From Nostocaceae cyanobacterium (lineage in GTDB: Bacteria; Cyanobacteriota; Cyanobacteriia; Cyanobacteriales; Nostocaceae): a stretch of 64,000 nt of DNA. Below the pieces are notes generated by a model. It was given only the letters and a program-made list of their open reading frames with translations, was not told where the DNA came from and made no database searches. The stretch covers positions 2,548-66,547 of the forward strand of contig JASJCY010000029.1 in the NCBI GenBank assembly GCA_030065825.1, written 5' to 3'. Each line of letters begins with the position of its first letter. Positions within the stretch are counted from its first letter, which is position 1. The translations under genes were made by a program, and so were the position numbers. Shown here piece by piece: positions 1 through 10,420 of this stretch.

Positions 1-741
1 AACGCCTTTAATTCGTTTCCCCTTGCCTCGTTGGAAGTAGGTGAACATTTCTACTGGGAATTAGGCAACCTCAAAATACATGGGCAGGTATTTCTGACCT
101 CTTGGTTCGTGATTGCCTTATTGGTGGTGGCTTCCCTAGCTGCTACAAGTAATGCCCAAAGAATTCCCAAAGGCATCCAAAACTTGATGGAATATGCCTT
201 GGAATTTATTCGGGATTTGGCAAAAAACCAACTGGGAGAGAAAGATTACCGTCCCTGGGTGCCCTTTATTGGCACGTTATTTTTGTTTATTTTCGTATCG
301 AACTGGTCTGGTGCTCTAGTACCGTGGAAGTTAATTGAACTGCCCGAAGGTGAATTAGCAGCTCCGACTAACGACATCAATACGACAGTCGCATTGGCGT
401 TACTGACCTCATTAGCTTACTTCTACGCGGGTTTCAAAAAGCGCGGTTTGGGATACTTTAAGAAGTATATAGAACCGACGCCAATACTATTACCAATCGC
501 GATTCTAGAAGATTTCACCAAGCCCCTCTCCCTTAGCTTCCGTCTATTTGGTAACATTCTGGCGGATGAATTAGTTGTAGCGGTACTGGTTCTGTTGGTT
601 CCTCTATTCATACCTCTACCAGTGATGGCTTTAGGTTTATTTACCAGTGCCATTCAAGCCCTGGTGTTTGCCACCCTAGCTGCAGCCTACATTCATGAGG
701 CGATTGAGGGACATGGTGAAGAAGAGCATGAGGCACACTAA
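1..741 (+). CDS. atpB: F0F1 ATP synthase subunit a (cyanobacterial atpI), 5'-partial: the frame is open from nt 1, so the true start lies upstream of the window
   Basis: Frame 1 reads [19 protein letters not shown] from nt 1. It is a multi-TM protein with the subunit-a motif [14 protein letters not shown] and is the first gene of the atp cluster. Confidence 0.95.
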   Translation, partial: NAFNSFPLASLEVGEHFYWELGNLKIHGQVFLTSWFVIALLVVASLAATSNAQRIPKGIQNLMEYALEFIRDLAKNQLGEKDYRPWVPFIGTLFLFIFVSNWSGALVPWKLIELPEGELAAPTNDINTTVALALLTSLAYFYAGFKKRGLGYFKKYIEPTPILLPIAILEDFTKPLSLSFRLFGNILADELVVAVLVLLVPLFIPLPVMALGLFTSAIQALVFATLAAAYIHEAIEGHGEEEHEAH

Positions 742-773
742 AAGCCGCTCGGTTGATGTAATTTTAGATTTAG

Positions 774-1088
<315 letters not shown>

Positions 1089-1251
1089 GAGTTAAAACCC
1101 TGCCCTAGTGTAGAGACGTTGGATGCAGCGTCTCTGCCTCCGGCAAGGTTTTGCGCTTCTCATCATCGACCATCTGAAAATTTCCCCTTGTGGGGATGGA
1201 GCATCCAAAAGGTCATCAAAAACATCTGTACCATCCGCTTCTAGGAGAGAA

Positions 1252-1680
1252 ATGTTTGATTTCGATGCGACCTTGCCTTTGATGGCATTGCAGTTTTTAC
1301 TGCTGACAGCCTTGTTGAATGTAATTTTCTATAAGCCATTGACCAAGGTGCTAGACGACCGAGACAATTACGTCCGCACCAATCGTCTAGATGCAGCCGA
1401 GAGATTGGCAAATACAGAAAAATTGACCAAAGAATACGAGCAACAGTTAGCAGATGCTCGTAGACAATCCCAGAAAATTATTGCTGATGCTCAAGCTGAA
1501 GCACAAAAAATTACTGGGGAAAGAATAGCCGAGGCACAAAAAGAAGCCCAGGCTCAAAGAGAACAAGCTGCCAAAGAAATAGAACAGCAAAAGCAAGCAG
1601 CTTTAAGTTCCTTAGAACAAGAAGTAGATGCCCTCAGTAGGCAAATACTAGAAAAACTATTGGGACCATCTTTAGTTTAG
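1252..1680 (+). CDS. F0F1 ATP synthase subunit b' (cyanobacterial atpG)
   Basis: ATG at 1252 is preceded by [24 protein letters not shown] forms a TM helix, followed by an Ala/Glu/Gln/Lys coiled coil. The ORF-track start at 1123 only adds a non-conserved extension. Confidence 0.85.
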   Translation: MFDFDATLPLMALQFLLLTALLNVIFYKPLTKVLDDRDNYVRTNRLDAAERLANTEKLTKEYEQQLADARRQSQKIIADAQAEAQKITGERIAEAQKEAQAQREQAAKEIEQQKQAALSSLEQEVDALSRQILEKLLGPSLV

Positions 1681-1826
1681 AGCAAGCTTACTAAGTAATT
1701 AGTAAAGCAAGTAACAAAAGAGTTCCGAGAATTTACGCGCAGCAGGGCGTTCGTCTGGCAGCGCTTAACCTATTATTTCCCTTGGGGAAAAAGCAACTGA
1801 ATAGCAAGGGAGCAGCGCAATTGTAG

Positions 1827-2372
1827 ATGGATATTATTGGCACAGTCTTATTATTTGCCACAGAAGCAGCAGAACATGATGAAGGCGGTTTCGGTCTCAA
1901 TTTTGACATTTTAGAAACCAATCTCATCAACCTAGCGCTGCTTATTGGCATCCTATTTTACTTTGGGCGGAAAGTTTTAAGCAATACCTTAAGCGAAAGA
2001 CGCTCAAATATTGAAACCACCATTCAGGAAGCAGAAGCCCGTGCCAAAGAAGCAGCAGTAGCTCTTTCCGAAGCACAGGAGAAGTTGACCCAAGCACAAG
2101 CAGAAGCAAAACGCATCATCGCCGCAGCCCAAGAGAGTGGGAGAGCAGCAAAAGAAGCAATTTTGGCGCAAGCTACAACAGATGTAGAACGCTTGAGGGA
2201 AACAGCAGTCCGGGATTTAAACACCGAAAGAGAGCGAGCGATCGCTCAATTGCGGCAACAAGTAGTGGCAATGTCACTAGAAAAAGTGGAATCCGAACTG
2301 AGTACCGGAATTAGTGAAGAAAATCAACAGACATTAATTGACCGTAGTTTAGCGCTACTGGGAGGCAAATAA
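1827..2372 (+). CDS. atpF: F0F1 ATP synthase subunit b
   Basis: N-terminal TM helix ([14 protein letters not shown]) plus a long charged coiled coil. It sits between b' and delta. Confidence 0.9.
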   Translation: MDIIGTVLLFATEAAEHDEGGFGLNFDILETNLINLALLIGILFYFGRKVLSNTLSERRSNIETTIQEAEARAKEAAVALSEAQEKLTQAQAEAKRIIAAAQESGRAAKEAILAQATTDVERLRETAVRDLNTERERAIAQLRQQVVAMSLEKVESELSTGISEENQQTLIDRSLALLGGK

Positions 2373-2923
2373 TGGCAAGTAATGTAGCAACAGCCTCAGT
2401 AGCCCAACCCTATGCCCAGGCTTTAATGTCCGTTGCCCAAGCAAACAACCTCACCGAAGAATTAGGGACAGATGTGCGTTCTCTGTTGGGTTTACTCTCA
2501 GAAAATGACGAACTCAGCACCTTTTTGGGGAACCCCTTTATTACAGTTGAGGACAAAAAGGCAGTTATCAACAGAGTCCTCGGTGATGGCGCTAACGCTT
2601 ACTTGCGCAACTTTTTAATGCTGTTAGTAGACAGACGCCGGATTATATTGCTAGCAGATATTTGTCAGGAATATTTGGCATTATTACGGCAGTTGACACA
2701 AACAGCATTAGCAGAAGTAACTTCAGCCGTTCCCCTCACTGAAGAACAACAGCAGACAGTCAAAGAAAAAGTCAAAGCCATGACTGGTGCTGTCAATGTG
2801 GAATTAGAAACCAAAATTGACAGTGACATCATTGGTGGAGTGATTATCAAAGTTGGCTCTCAGGTAATTGACGCGAGTTTGAGAGGTCAACTGCGTCGCC
2901 TTTCCCTGCGCTTAAGTTCCTAA
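2372..2923 (+). CDS. atpH: F0F1 ATP synthase subunit delta (OSCP; cyanobacterial atpD)
   Basis: 183 aa. The start overlaps the atpF stop (TAATG). C-terminal IIGGVIIKVGSQVIDASLRGQL is typical of delta/OSCP. Confidence 0.9.
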   Translation: MASNVATASVAQPYAQALMSVAQANNLTEELGTDVRSLLGLLSENDELSTFLGNPFITVEDKKAVINRVLGDGANAYLRNFLMLLVDRRRIILLADICQEYLALLRQLTQTALAEVTSAVPLTEEQQQTVKEKVKAMTGAVNVELETKIDSDIIGGVIIKVGSQVIDASLRGQLRRLSLRLSS

Positions 2924-2925
2924 TT

Positions 2926-3215
2926 AGGGGTTAGGGGTTAGGTGTTAGGTGTTAGGGATTGTTCCAGAGGTGAGATGTCGCGTCTGTACAGGAGTTAGGA
3001 ATTTGAACTTATAAATTCTGGGGGCAAGCTTTGCGTCCCTACAAACTCATAACTTCTGAGGTCAAGCTTTGCGTCCCTACAAACTCATAACTTCTGAGGA
3101 CAAGCTTTGCTTTCCTACAAACTCATAACTTCTGAGGACAAGCTTTGCGTCCCTACAAACTCATAACTTCTGGGCGCAAGCTTTGCGCCCCTACGCGCCT
3201 TGTAACTCAATAACT
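2926..3215. repeat. Heptamer tract (TTAGGGG/TTAGGTG) followed by a 38-bp tandem repeat x5 carrying a GCGTCCCTAC half-palindrome
   Basis: The CAAGCT register recurs at 3025, 3063, 3101, 3139 and 3177 (period 38). The last copy completes the palindrome GGGCGCAAGCTTTGCGCCCCTAC. Confidence 0.9.
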
Positions 3216-3240
3216 GTCTCTAAATAATAAAGATACAAAC

Positions 3241-4761
3241 ATGAGCATTTCAATCAGACCTGACGAAATTAGTAGCATTATCCAACAGCAAATCGAGCAA
3301 TATGACAAAGAAGTCAAAGTTGCTAATGTTGGTACAGTCCTTCAAGTTGGTGATGGTATTGCCCGTATCTATGGCTTAGAAAAAGCTATGGCTGGTGAAC
3401 TATTAGAATTTGAAGATGGTACCGTTGGCATCGCCCTCAACCTGGAAGAAGATAACGTGGGTGCGGTGTTAATGGGTGAAGGTCGGCAAATTCAAGAAGG
3501 TAGTACCGTTACCGCTACCGGAAAAATCGCTCAGGTACCCGTAGGTGAAGCATTGATTGGACGGGTAGTTGATGGTTTGGGTCGTGCCATTGATGGTAAA
3601 GGAGACCTAAATACCTCCGAAACCCGTCTGATTGAATCCATGGCACCCGGTATTATTGCCCGTCGTTCCGTACACGAACCCATGCAAACCGGGATTACCG
3701 CTATTGATGCGATGATTCCCATTGGTAGAGGTCAGCGGGAATTGATTATTGGTGACCGTCAAACTGGTAAAACTGCGATCGCCATTGACACAATTATTAA
3801 CCAGAAAGAAGAAGACGTAATTTGTGTCTACGTTGCTGTTGGTCAAAAAGCTTCCACAGTTGCCAACGTAGTCCAAACCCTACAAGAAAAGGGTGCAATG
3901 GACTACACCATCGTTGTGGCAGCTAACGCTTCTGACCCCGCAACCCTGCAATACTTAGCACCTTATACCGGTGCAGCCATCGCTGAGTACTTTATGTACA
4001 ACGGTAAGGCAACCCTAATCATCTATGATGACCTCTCCAAGCAAGCTGCGGCTTATCGCCAGATGTCCTTGTTGCTGCGTCGTCCCCCCGGTCGGGAAGC
4101 TTATCCTGGAGACGTATTCTACATCCACTCCCGCTTATTGGAACGTGCTGCTAAACTCAGTGACGAACTGGGTAAAGGTAGCATGACTGCCCTACCAATT
4201 ATTGAAACCCAAGCAGGTGACGTATCTGCTTACATTCCTACCAACGTTATTTCCATTACCGACGGTCAGATTTTCTTATCTGCCGACCTATTCAACGGTG
4301 GTATCCGTCCCGCCATTAACCCTGGTATTTCTGTATCCAGGGTAGGTTCAGCAGCACAAACCAAAGCAATGAAAAAAGTTGCTGGTAAATTGAAGCTGGA
4401 ATTGGCGCAGTTTGACGAATTGCAAGCCTTCGCTCAATTTGCTTCCGACTTAGATAAAGCCACTCAAGACCAATTAGCAAGGGGTGCGCGTCTGCGGGAA
4501 CTGCTGAAACAGCCCCAAAACTCTCCCCTTTCTGTGTATGAGCAAGTAGCTATTCTCTACGCTGGTTTGAACGGTTACCTGGATGACCTGCCTGTAAATA
4601 AAATCACTGAATTTACATCTGGTTTCCGGGAATACTTAAAGACTGGTAAGCCCCAGTACACCCAAGGAGTACAGACACAGAAAGTACTTGGTGATACAGA
4701 AGAAAGTGCTTTGAAAGAAGCGATTAACGAATACAAGAAGACCTTCTTGGCAACCATCTAA
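3241..4761 (+). CDS. atpA: F0F1 ATP synthase subunit alpha
   Basis: 506 aa with Walker A GDRQTGKT and alpha-subunit sequence across the full length. Confidence 0.97.
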   Translation: MSISIRPDEISSIIQQQIEQYDKEVKVANVGTVLQVGDGIARIYGLEKAMAGELLEFEDGTVGIALNLEEDNVGAVLMGEGRQIQEGSTVTATGKIAQVPVGEALIGRVVDGLGRAIDGKGDLNTSETRLIESMAPGIIARRSVHEPMQTGITAIDAMIPIGRGQRELIIGDRQTGKTAIAIDTIINQKEEDVICVYVAVGQKASTVANVVQTLQEKGAMDYTIVVAANASDPATLQYLAPYTGAAIAEYFMYNGKATLIIYDDLSKQAAAYRQMSLLLRRPPGREAYPGDVFYIHSRLLERAAKLSDELGKGSMTALPIIETQAGDVSAYIPTNVISITDGQIFLSADLFNGGIRPAINPGISVSRVGSAAQTKAMKKVAGKLKLELAQFDELQAFAQFASDLDKATQDQLARGARLRELLKQPQNSPLSVYEQVAILYAGLNGYLDDLPVNKITEFTSGFREYLKTGKPQYTQGVQTQKVLGDTEESALKEAINEYKKTFLATI

Positions 4762-4858
4762 AAAGTTTAGAAGTGAGGAGTGAAGAGTGAGGAGTAAATC
4801 ACTCCAAACTCCTAACTCCAAACTCCTAATTCCTAACTTCTAACTTCCAAATCAAGTT

Positions 4859-5815
4859 ATGGCAAATCTCAAAGCAATACGCGATCGCATTAAGTCGGTT
4901 AAAAATACCAAGAAAATTACGGAAGCAATGCGGCTGGTGGCTGCTGCTAGGGTACGTCGTGCCCAAGAACAGGTGACTTCTACCCGTCCATTTGCTGACC
5001 GTTTAGCACAAGTACTGTATGGCTTACAAAGCCGTCTGCGGTTTGAAGAAGCAAACCTACCCCTACTGAAACAACGGGAAGTGAAATCGGTGGGATTGCT
5101 GGTAGTTTCCGGGGATAGGGGTTTGTGCGGTGGTTATAATACCAACGTGATTAAGCGTGCCGAACAGCGTGCCCAGGAACTAAAATCACAAGGTATAGAC
5201 TACAAATTTGTGATTGTTGGTCGCAAAGCTTTACAGTATTTCCAACGCCGCAACCAGCCCATTGATGCAAATTATTCTGGCTTAGAGCAAATTCCCACCG
5301 CCAAAGAAGCCAACGAAATCGCCGACGAATTACTTTCTTTGTTTCTATCGGAAAGTGTGGATAGAATTGAGTTAATTTATACTCGGTTTGTTTCCTTGGT
5401 CAGTTCTCGTCCAGTAGTGCAAACCTTGCTACCTTTAGACCCCCAAGGTTTTGAAGCACATGATGACGAAATTTTCCGCTTGACAACCCGTGGTGGTGAA
5501 TTTCAGGTAGAACGGGAGAAAGTTGCCTCTACAGCAGCTGCTCGTCCGTTACCCAGAGACATGATTTTTGAGCAAGATCCAGTACAAATTCTGGATTCTT
5601 TATTGCCACTTTATCTCAGTAACCAGTTATTGCGGGCACTGCAAGAAGCTGCTGCTAGCGAACTCGCAGCGCGGATGACAGCCATGAGTAATGCCAGCGA
5701 CAACGCTGCCCAATTAATCGGCACTCTGACTTTAAGTTATAACAAAGCCCGTCAAGCTGCTATTACCCAGGAAATTCTGGAAGTTGTGGGTGGTGCGGAA
5801 GCCTTGAGTGGTTAG
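4859..5815 (+). CDS. atpG: F0F1 ATP synthase subunit gamma (cyanobacterial atpC)
   Basis: N-terminus [30 protein letters not shown] and C-terminus [15 protein letters not shown] are canonical gamma helices. Confidence 0.95.
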   Translation: MANLKAIRDRIKSVKNTKKITEAMRLVAAARVRRAQEQVTSTRPFADRLAQVLYGLQSRLRFEEANLPLLKQREVKSVGLLVVSGDRGLCGGYNTNVIKRAEQRAQELKSQGIDYKFVIVGRKALQYFQRRNQPIDANYSGLEQIPTAKEANEIADELLSLFLSESVDRIELIYTRFVSLVSSRPVVQTLLPLDPQGFEAHDDEIFRLTTRGGEFQVEREKVASTAAARPLPRDMIFEQDPVQILDSLLPLYLSNQLLRALQEAAASELAARMTAMSNASDNAAQLIGTLTLSYNKARQAAITQEILEVVGGAEALSG

Positions 5816-6057
5816 AAATTGTAATTGGCAACACAAAGCAAAAAAAACGGATTGATTGGTAGGGGTGCGGTTTCCGCACCCTTACAATTTACAGCAGTTT
5901 TCATCTATTTGAACCACATCTTGATGTAGGGGTAAAGCGCAGTGCTAAACCCCTACAGTGTGCTAAAAATCCCTGTAATTATGAATTTCCTCATTTATTC
6001 AGTTAATAGTGGCAAACTGACAAATAAATAACTATAATAAAAATAGAAGAACCTCGT

Positions 6058-6450
6058 GGGTCCGTACCGGTTTCGACAGGTTGGCGAAAGCTTCTCTGTG
6101 ATACAGGTCGAGAGTGAGTCGTCTCTCGCAAATCAAAGACTCAAAAAAATAGTAACTGCGAACAACATCGTAGCATTCGCTCGTAAGCCTGTTGCAGCTA
6201 TTGCATAGGTCTAAAAATCTCTTATAGATTCGAGCCTCCGTAGTTTGACTCCGTTAAGGACTATGGTGCAACCCCCAACGGATGCTCTAGTACGCGCCTC
6301 TGGTTCGCATACTAGCTAAGACTTAACCAGAGCATCCTAGCGTTCGGGATAATGAACGTTCCCCGCCTCTAGGGTAAAAGAGGCTAAACCTGTGAATGAG
6401 CGGTGGGTCAATACCCAGTCTGGACAGCAGTTCGACTCTGCTCGGATCCA
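6058..6450 (+). ncRNA. ssrA: tmRNA (SsrA), one-piece
   Basis: 5' GGGUCCG pairs with 3' CGGAUCC, including a G3:U pair. The T-arm is GCAGTTCGACTCTGC. The resume codon GCG is at 6158. The tag ORF reads ANNIVAFARKPVAAIA and ends with TAG at 6206-6208. CCA is not encoded. Confidence 0.93.
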
Positions 6451-6539
6451 TTTAATAATTTTTGTTAAATCCACTTGACATTTGTGTGTTGGGTGGGTTT
6501 TGGTTTTGGGGAGAGGAAACTTGGAAGATTTATACCAAC

Positions 6540-6755
6540 CAACGAAAACACCGTAGGGGCGCGGTTTCCACGCCCTTAAAATTGGTTTCCACGCCCTTAA
6601 AATTGGTTTCCACGCCCTTAAAATTGGTTTTCACGCCCTTAAAATTGGTTTTCGCATCCTTAAAATTGCTTTCCGTATCCTTAAAATTGGTTTTCGCATC
6701 CTTAAAATTGGTTTTCACGCCCTTAAAATTGGTTTTCGCATCCTTAAAATTGGAG
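6540..6755. repeat. 21-bp tandem repeat (~10 copies) built from a REP half-site: GGTTT(C/T)CACGCCCTTAAAATT
   Basis: The array starts from a full GTAGGGGCGCGGTTTCCACGCCC copy at ~6545. Both ORFs called here are periodic translation artefacts (STPLKLV repeats). Confidence 0.9.
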
Positions 6756-6803
6756 ATGCTTTCTATTTTTTGATTTGATATTAAGGCAGGGAAACTTGGT
6801 AGA

Positions 6804-7556
6804 TTAGGGCGGGGAAACCCCGCCCCTACGGGGGTTATATAAATCTTTTTTCCAACGGTAGGGATTGTTGATGATGTATTGGCGCATTATGTGCAATGCT
6901 TTTTCTGTGCGGATAATGCGATCGTAAAAATTTCGTTGCCACATACGTTGTCCGGGGGTATCATCAATTTGATTGATGATCTTGGTTGTGCGGTATTTGT
7001 AATATGCAATAATTTGTCCCAAAGTCGGTTTCCGATCCTGTAGGGGCGGGGTTTCCCCGCCCATTTTACGGTGGGTTTCCCCGCCCATTTTGGGATTGGT
7101 TTCCCCGCCCATTTTACGGTGGGTTTCCCCGCCCATTTTGGGATTGGTTTCCCCGCCCATTTTGGGATTGGTTTCCCCGCCCATTTTGGGATTGGTTTCC
7201 CTATTATTAATTTCGCCAATATTATCGCTATCCCTAATTACAATAATGCCGTGAATATGATTAGGCATGAGGATAAATTGATCTAATTCAACATTGGGAA
7301 AATGGTGGGGAATTTCCAGCCAAAATAGAGACGCAATCATACCCCGGACGGTAAATTGAATTTCCCCATTTATCAATTCACCTAAATTGCATTCCCGGTG
7401 TTGGGTGCAAATGGTGATAAAATATGATCCTGGTTGTGAATAATCGTATCCCCGCAGGCGAATAGATTGGCGATGGTGAATATGGGGGTTGTATTTCACG
7501 ATGGGAGTAATTGGTAGATATTGGAATGGATGGGGAAACCCCGCCCCTACATTCAA
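6804..7556 (-). CDS. REP-associated tyrosine transposase (RAYT, IS200-like Y1 HUH enzyme) with an internal in-frame 8-aa repeat insertion
   Basis: YDYSQPGSYFITICT, the HUH motif in MPNHIHGIIVI, and C-terminal WQRNFYDRIIR...YIINNP are present. The gene is flanked by GGGGCGGGGAAACCCCGCCCCTAC-type palindromes at 6807-6829 and 7532-7550. Confidence 0.8.
   Translation of the reverse strand: MNVGAGFPHPFQYLPITPIVKYNPHIHHRQSIRLRGYDYSQPGSYFITICTQHRECNLGELINGEIQFTVRGMIASLFWLEIPHHFPNVELDQFILMPNHIHGIIVIRDSDNIGEINNRETNPKMGGETNPKMGGETNPKMGGETHRKMGGETNPKMGGETHRKMGGETPPLQDRKPTLGQIIAYYKYRTTKIINQIDDTPGQRMWQRNFYDRIIRTEKALHIMRQYIINNPYRWKKDLYNPRRGGVSPP
7048..7203. repeat. 24-bp tandem repeat (~6.5 copies) inside the RAYT ORF: GGTTTCCCCGCCCATTTT(GGGATT/ACGGTG)
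   Basis: The array translates on the minus strand as (GGETNPKM)n. It is seeded by a full GTAGGGGCGGGGTTTCCCCGCCC palindrome at 7042-7064. Confidence 0.9.
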
Positions 7557-8342
7557 ATAATTCCCAACATCAAACCGCCCATAACATCCTTAAAAACAAT
7601 CATTATCAATCTTTATCTACAATTTATAATTATGTTTTGATGCCGATTTCCAAATAACTATAGTAATAGTATTTGAGTTGTATGTAGTTTTTCTGGGTAG
7701 CAACTTATCTTTGTAAATTTCATTATTAATATCCGTAAAAATCAGGATGTCTTCTTATAATTTTTGGTATTTGTAAATAAATAATAATTTTCCTTGGAAT
7801 AGTTTGATTAAACGTGATAAGTAGTAATTGAAATGTAATTTATAGACTTATTATCTTCAAACTTTACTTGTAGAAAGCTATCTCTTCATTTACCGCTTAA
7901 ATTCGTAAAGTTCTAGGTCTAATATCAGTGCTTGTAAAATATTTCATTATGTCCTTGAGTATGAGTAAGAATGCTCATATTTTGTGAAGTTGGATTTGGG
8001 AAAAATAAGAATTTAGATATTGAATGTATCAGGTTGTAGTTAATTTTGTACTCTGGCATTTTTAAGAAATTCGAGAAAATATCAGCTTTAGGAATTATAG
8101 AAATAATAGTTAGAGTTAAGAAGCATTAAATAAACAATTAAGCAAAAAAACAGATATTTTTGACACCAAATAATCGAAAAATTATGATAAAAATTATTGA
8201 GTTTTAAATGATGCTAAGTAATTGTCATATTTGGACAATTTTACAAAAACTAAATAGAATATTCATTACAAATTAAAAAAAAATATCCGGGCACAATAAA
8301 AAGCAGAAAAGAAAACCCATATTTTGTCCTCGGAGATAACTA

Positions 8343-10061
8343 ATGGTTGCGATCTCAGAGAACGCACAACGTCGGCTAACTGTCCAAACTGTCGAAATTG
8401 CGCCCAACACAACGGCGATCCGCTCTCTGGACTGGGACCGTGATCGCTTTGATATAGAATTCGGACTACAAAATGGTACTACTTACAACTCATATCTAAT
8501 CAAGGGAGACAAAATCGCCTTGGTTGACACCTCCCACACTAAGTTCCGGGATTTATATTTAGACACCCTAAAAAGTTTGGTGAATCCCAAGGCGATTGAT
8601 TATATAATTGTTAGCCATACAGAACCAGACCACAGTGGCTTAGTGGAAGATGTTCTCCAATTAGCCCCTAGAGCCACGGTTTTAGCATCTAAGGTAGCGC
8701 TACAATTTCTGGAAAACCTAGTACACGAACCCTTTTCTAAGCGTATTGTCAAAAGTGGCGATCGCGTAGATTTAGGTAAGGGACACGAAATAGAATTCGT
8801 GAGTGCCCCTAACTTGCACTGGCCTGATACAATCTTTAGCTATGATCGCAAAACCCAAGTGCTATATACTTGTGATGCTTTTGGGATGCACTATTGTAGC
8901 GATGAAACCTTTGACAAAAGTCTAGAAGCCATCGAACCAGACTTTAGATTTTACTATGATTGTTTGATGGGTCCCAACGCTCGCTCTTTGTTAAATGCAA
9001 TGAAGAGAATGGGTGACTTAGGTAAGATTAACATCATTGCTAACGGTCATGGACCCCTACTTTATCACCACCTAGAAATACTCAAAGAGTGCTATCAAGT
9101 TTGGAGTCAAAAACAAGCTAAAAACGAAACTACCGTTGGCTTGTACTACGTTCCTGGTTATGGAAATGGCGATCGCCTAGCACAAACCATTACCCACGGC
9201 TTGCAAAAAGCTGGTATTGGGGTGGAAATGCTAGACATCAGCAGTGCAGAAATTCAGGAAGTTAATGAGCTTGCAGGTAGGGCATCTGGCATAATTATCG
9301 GTATGCCTCCTTCTACTAATGCAGCTGCTCATGCTGCGATTTCTTCTCTGCTATCTGTAATCAAAACCAAGCAAGTAGTCGGTTTCTTTGAATGTTACGG
9401 TGGTGATGATGAACCCATTGCTCCCCTACGGAAAAGATTTATCGACCTTGGTGTAAAGGAAGCTTTCCCAGCTATTAAAATTAAGGAAACTCCCACTGAC
9501 CAAACATACCAGCAAGTAGAGACAGCTGCTACTGAAATGGGGCAAAAGTTGGTGCGGGAACGCAATATCAAACAGATTAAAGCCATTGATGCTAATCTGG
9601 AAAAAGCCCTAGGACGGATTAGTAACGGACTTTATATCCTTACCAGTGCTAAAGCTGGCGATAAAAGTGCTATGCTGGCATCATGGGTAGCTCAAGCTAG
9701 TTTACAACCCCTAGGATTCACCGTTGCAGTTGCTAAAGAAAGAGCAATTGAATCCTGCTTACAAGTAGGTGATCGTTTTGTGCTGAATGTTCTGGAAGAA
9801 GGAAACTACAAAGAACTTAAAAAGCACTTTCTCAAGCGCTTGCTTCCCGGTACAGACAGATTTGCTGGTATAAAAACCCAAACTGCTAAAAATGGCGCAC
9901 CAATTTTGTCAGATGCACTAGCATATATGGAATGTGAAGTCACCAGCACTATGGAGTGTAGTGATCACTGGATTATGTATTGTTCCGTCCAAGATGGTCG
10001 CGTTTCTAAACCCGATGGTATCACAGCGGTTCGCCATCGTAAAGTGGGCAACTACTATTAA
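8343..10061 (+). CDS. flv3: Flavodiiron protein, Flv3-type (canonical diiron ligands; beta-lactamase-like, flavodoxin-like and flavin-reductase modules)
   Basis: 572 aa with the canonical H-x-E-x-D-H motif (SHTEPDHSG), a flavodoxin-like middle domain and a C-terminal flavin-reductase domain (GDHW-type, ...RHRKVGNYY). Confidence 0.8.
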   Translation: MVAISENAQRRLTVQTVEIAPNTTAIRSLDWDRDRFDIEFGLQNGTTYNSYLIKGDKIALVDTSHTKFRDLYLDTLKSLVNPKAIDYIIVSHTEPDHSGLVEDVLQLAPRATVLASKVALQFLENLVHEPFSKRIVKSGDRVDLGKGHEIEFVSAPNLHWPDTIFSYDRKTQVLYTCDAFGMHYCSDETFDKSLEAIEPDFRFYYDCLMGPNARSLLNAMKRMGDLGKINIIANGHGPLLYHHLEILKECYQVWSQKQAKNETTVGLYYVPGYGNGDRLAQTITHGLQKAGIGVEMLDISSAEIQEVNELAGRASGIIIGMPPSTNAAAHAAISSLLSVIKTKQVVGFFECYGGDDEPIAPLRKRFIDLGVKEAFPAIKIKETPTDQTYQQVETAATEMGQKLVRERNIKQIKAIDANLEKALGRISNGLYILTSAKAGDKSAMLASWVAQASLQPLGFTVAVAKERAIESCLQVGDRFVLNVLEEGNYKELKKHFLKRLLPGTDRFAGIKTQTAKNGAPILSDALAYMECEVTSTMECSDHWIMYCSVQDGRVSKPDGITAVRHRKVGNYY

Positions 10062-10062
10062 T

Positions 10063-10295
10063 TAGGGGTTAGGGGTTAGGTTTTAGGAGTTAGTAGGGAC
10101 GCAATGCTTGCGTCCAGGAGTTAGGAGTTAGTAGGGACGCAATGCTTGCGTCCAGGAGTTAGGAGTTAAGAGTTAGGAGTTAAAAGTTAGGAGTTAGTTC
10201 TCCCCCCCTCTCCCTTGTCTCCCCCCTCTCCCTTGTCTCCCCCCTCTCCCTTGTCTCCCCCCTCTCCCTTGTCTCCCCCATCTCCCCATCTCCCT
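10063..10295. repeat. Heptamer tracts (TTAGGGG/AGTTAGG), two GTAGGGACGCAATGCTTGCGTCC palindromes and a CTCTCCCTTGTCTCCCCC tandem repeat
   Basis: Seen directly. The tract fills the flv3-flv1 intergenic gap. Confidence 0.9.
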
Positions 10296-10420
10296 ATTTT
10301 TCCATATTTCAAAAAGCATCTACATCCTTTACACATCAGCTTCAAGCTTAACTCTCCAGGCTTGAAGCTTCGGACTAAATCTTGATACCAAGCTATCTTT
10401 CATCTCTCATCAAAATAATC

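Noticed and set aside
1123-1251. Longer start for the b' subunit ORF
   Set aside because: The 43-aa extension is Cys/Arg/Ser-rich and unlike any ATP synthase b' N-terminus. The ATG at 1252 has an AGGAGA Shine-Dalgarno sequence and gives the conserved MFDFDATLP start.
6462-7286. ORFs 6462-6773 (+), 6530-6718 (-), 6887-7219 (-) and 7071-7286 (+)
   Set aside because: All are translations of the 21-bp and 24-bp tandem repeats (periodic peptides). Only the 6804-7556 frame has RAYT motifs outside the repeat.
8285-8342. TCCGGG near the flv3-type start as a DIF-like heterocyst promoter
   Set aside because: It is not an exact TCCGGA and no suitably spaced -10 hexamer was found. I also found no GTA-N8-TAC NtcA site in the leader by eye.
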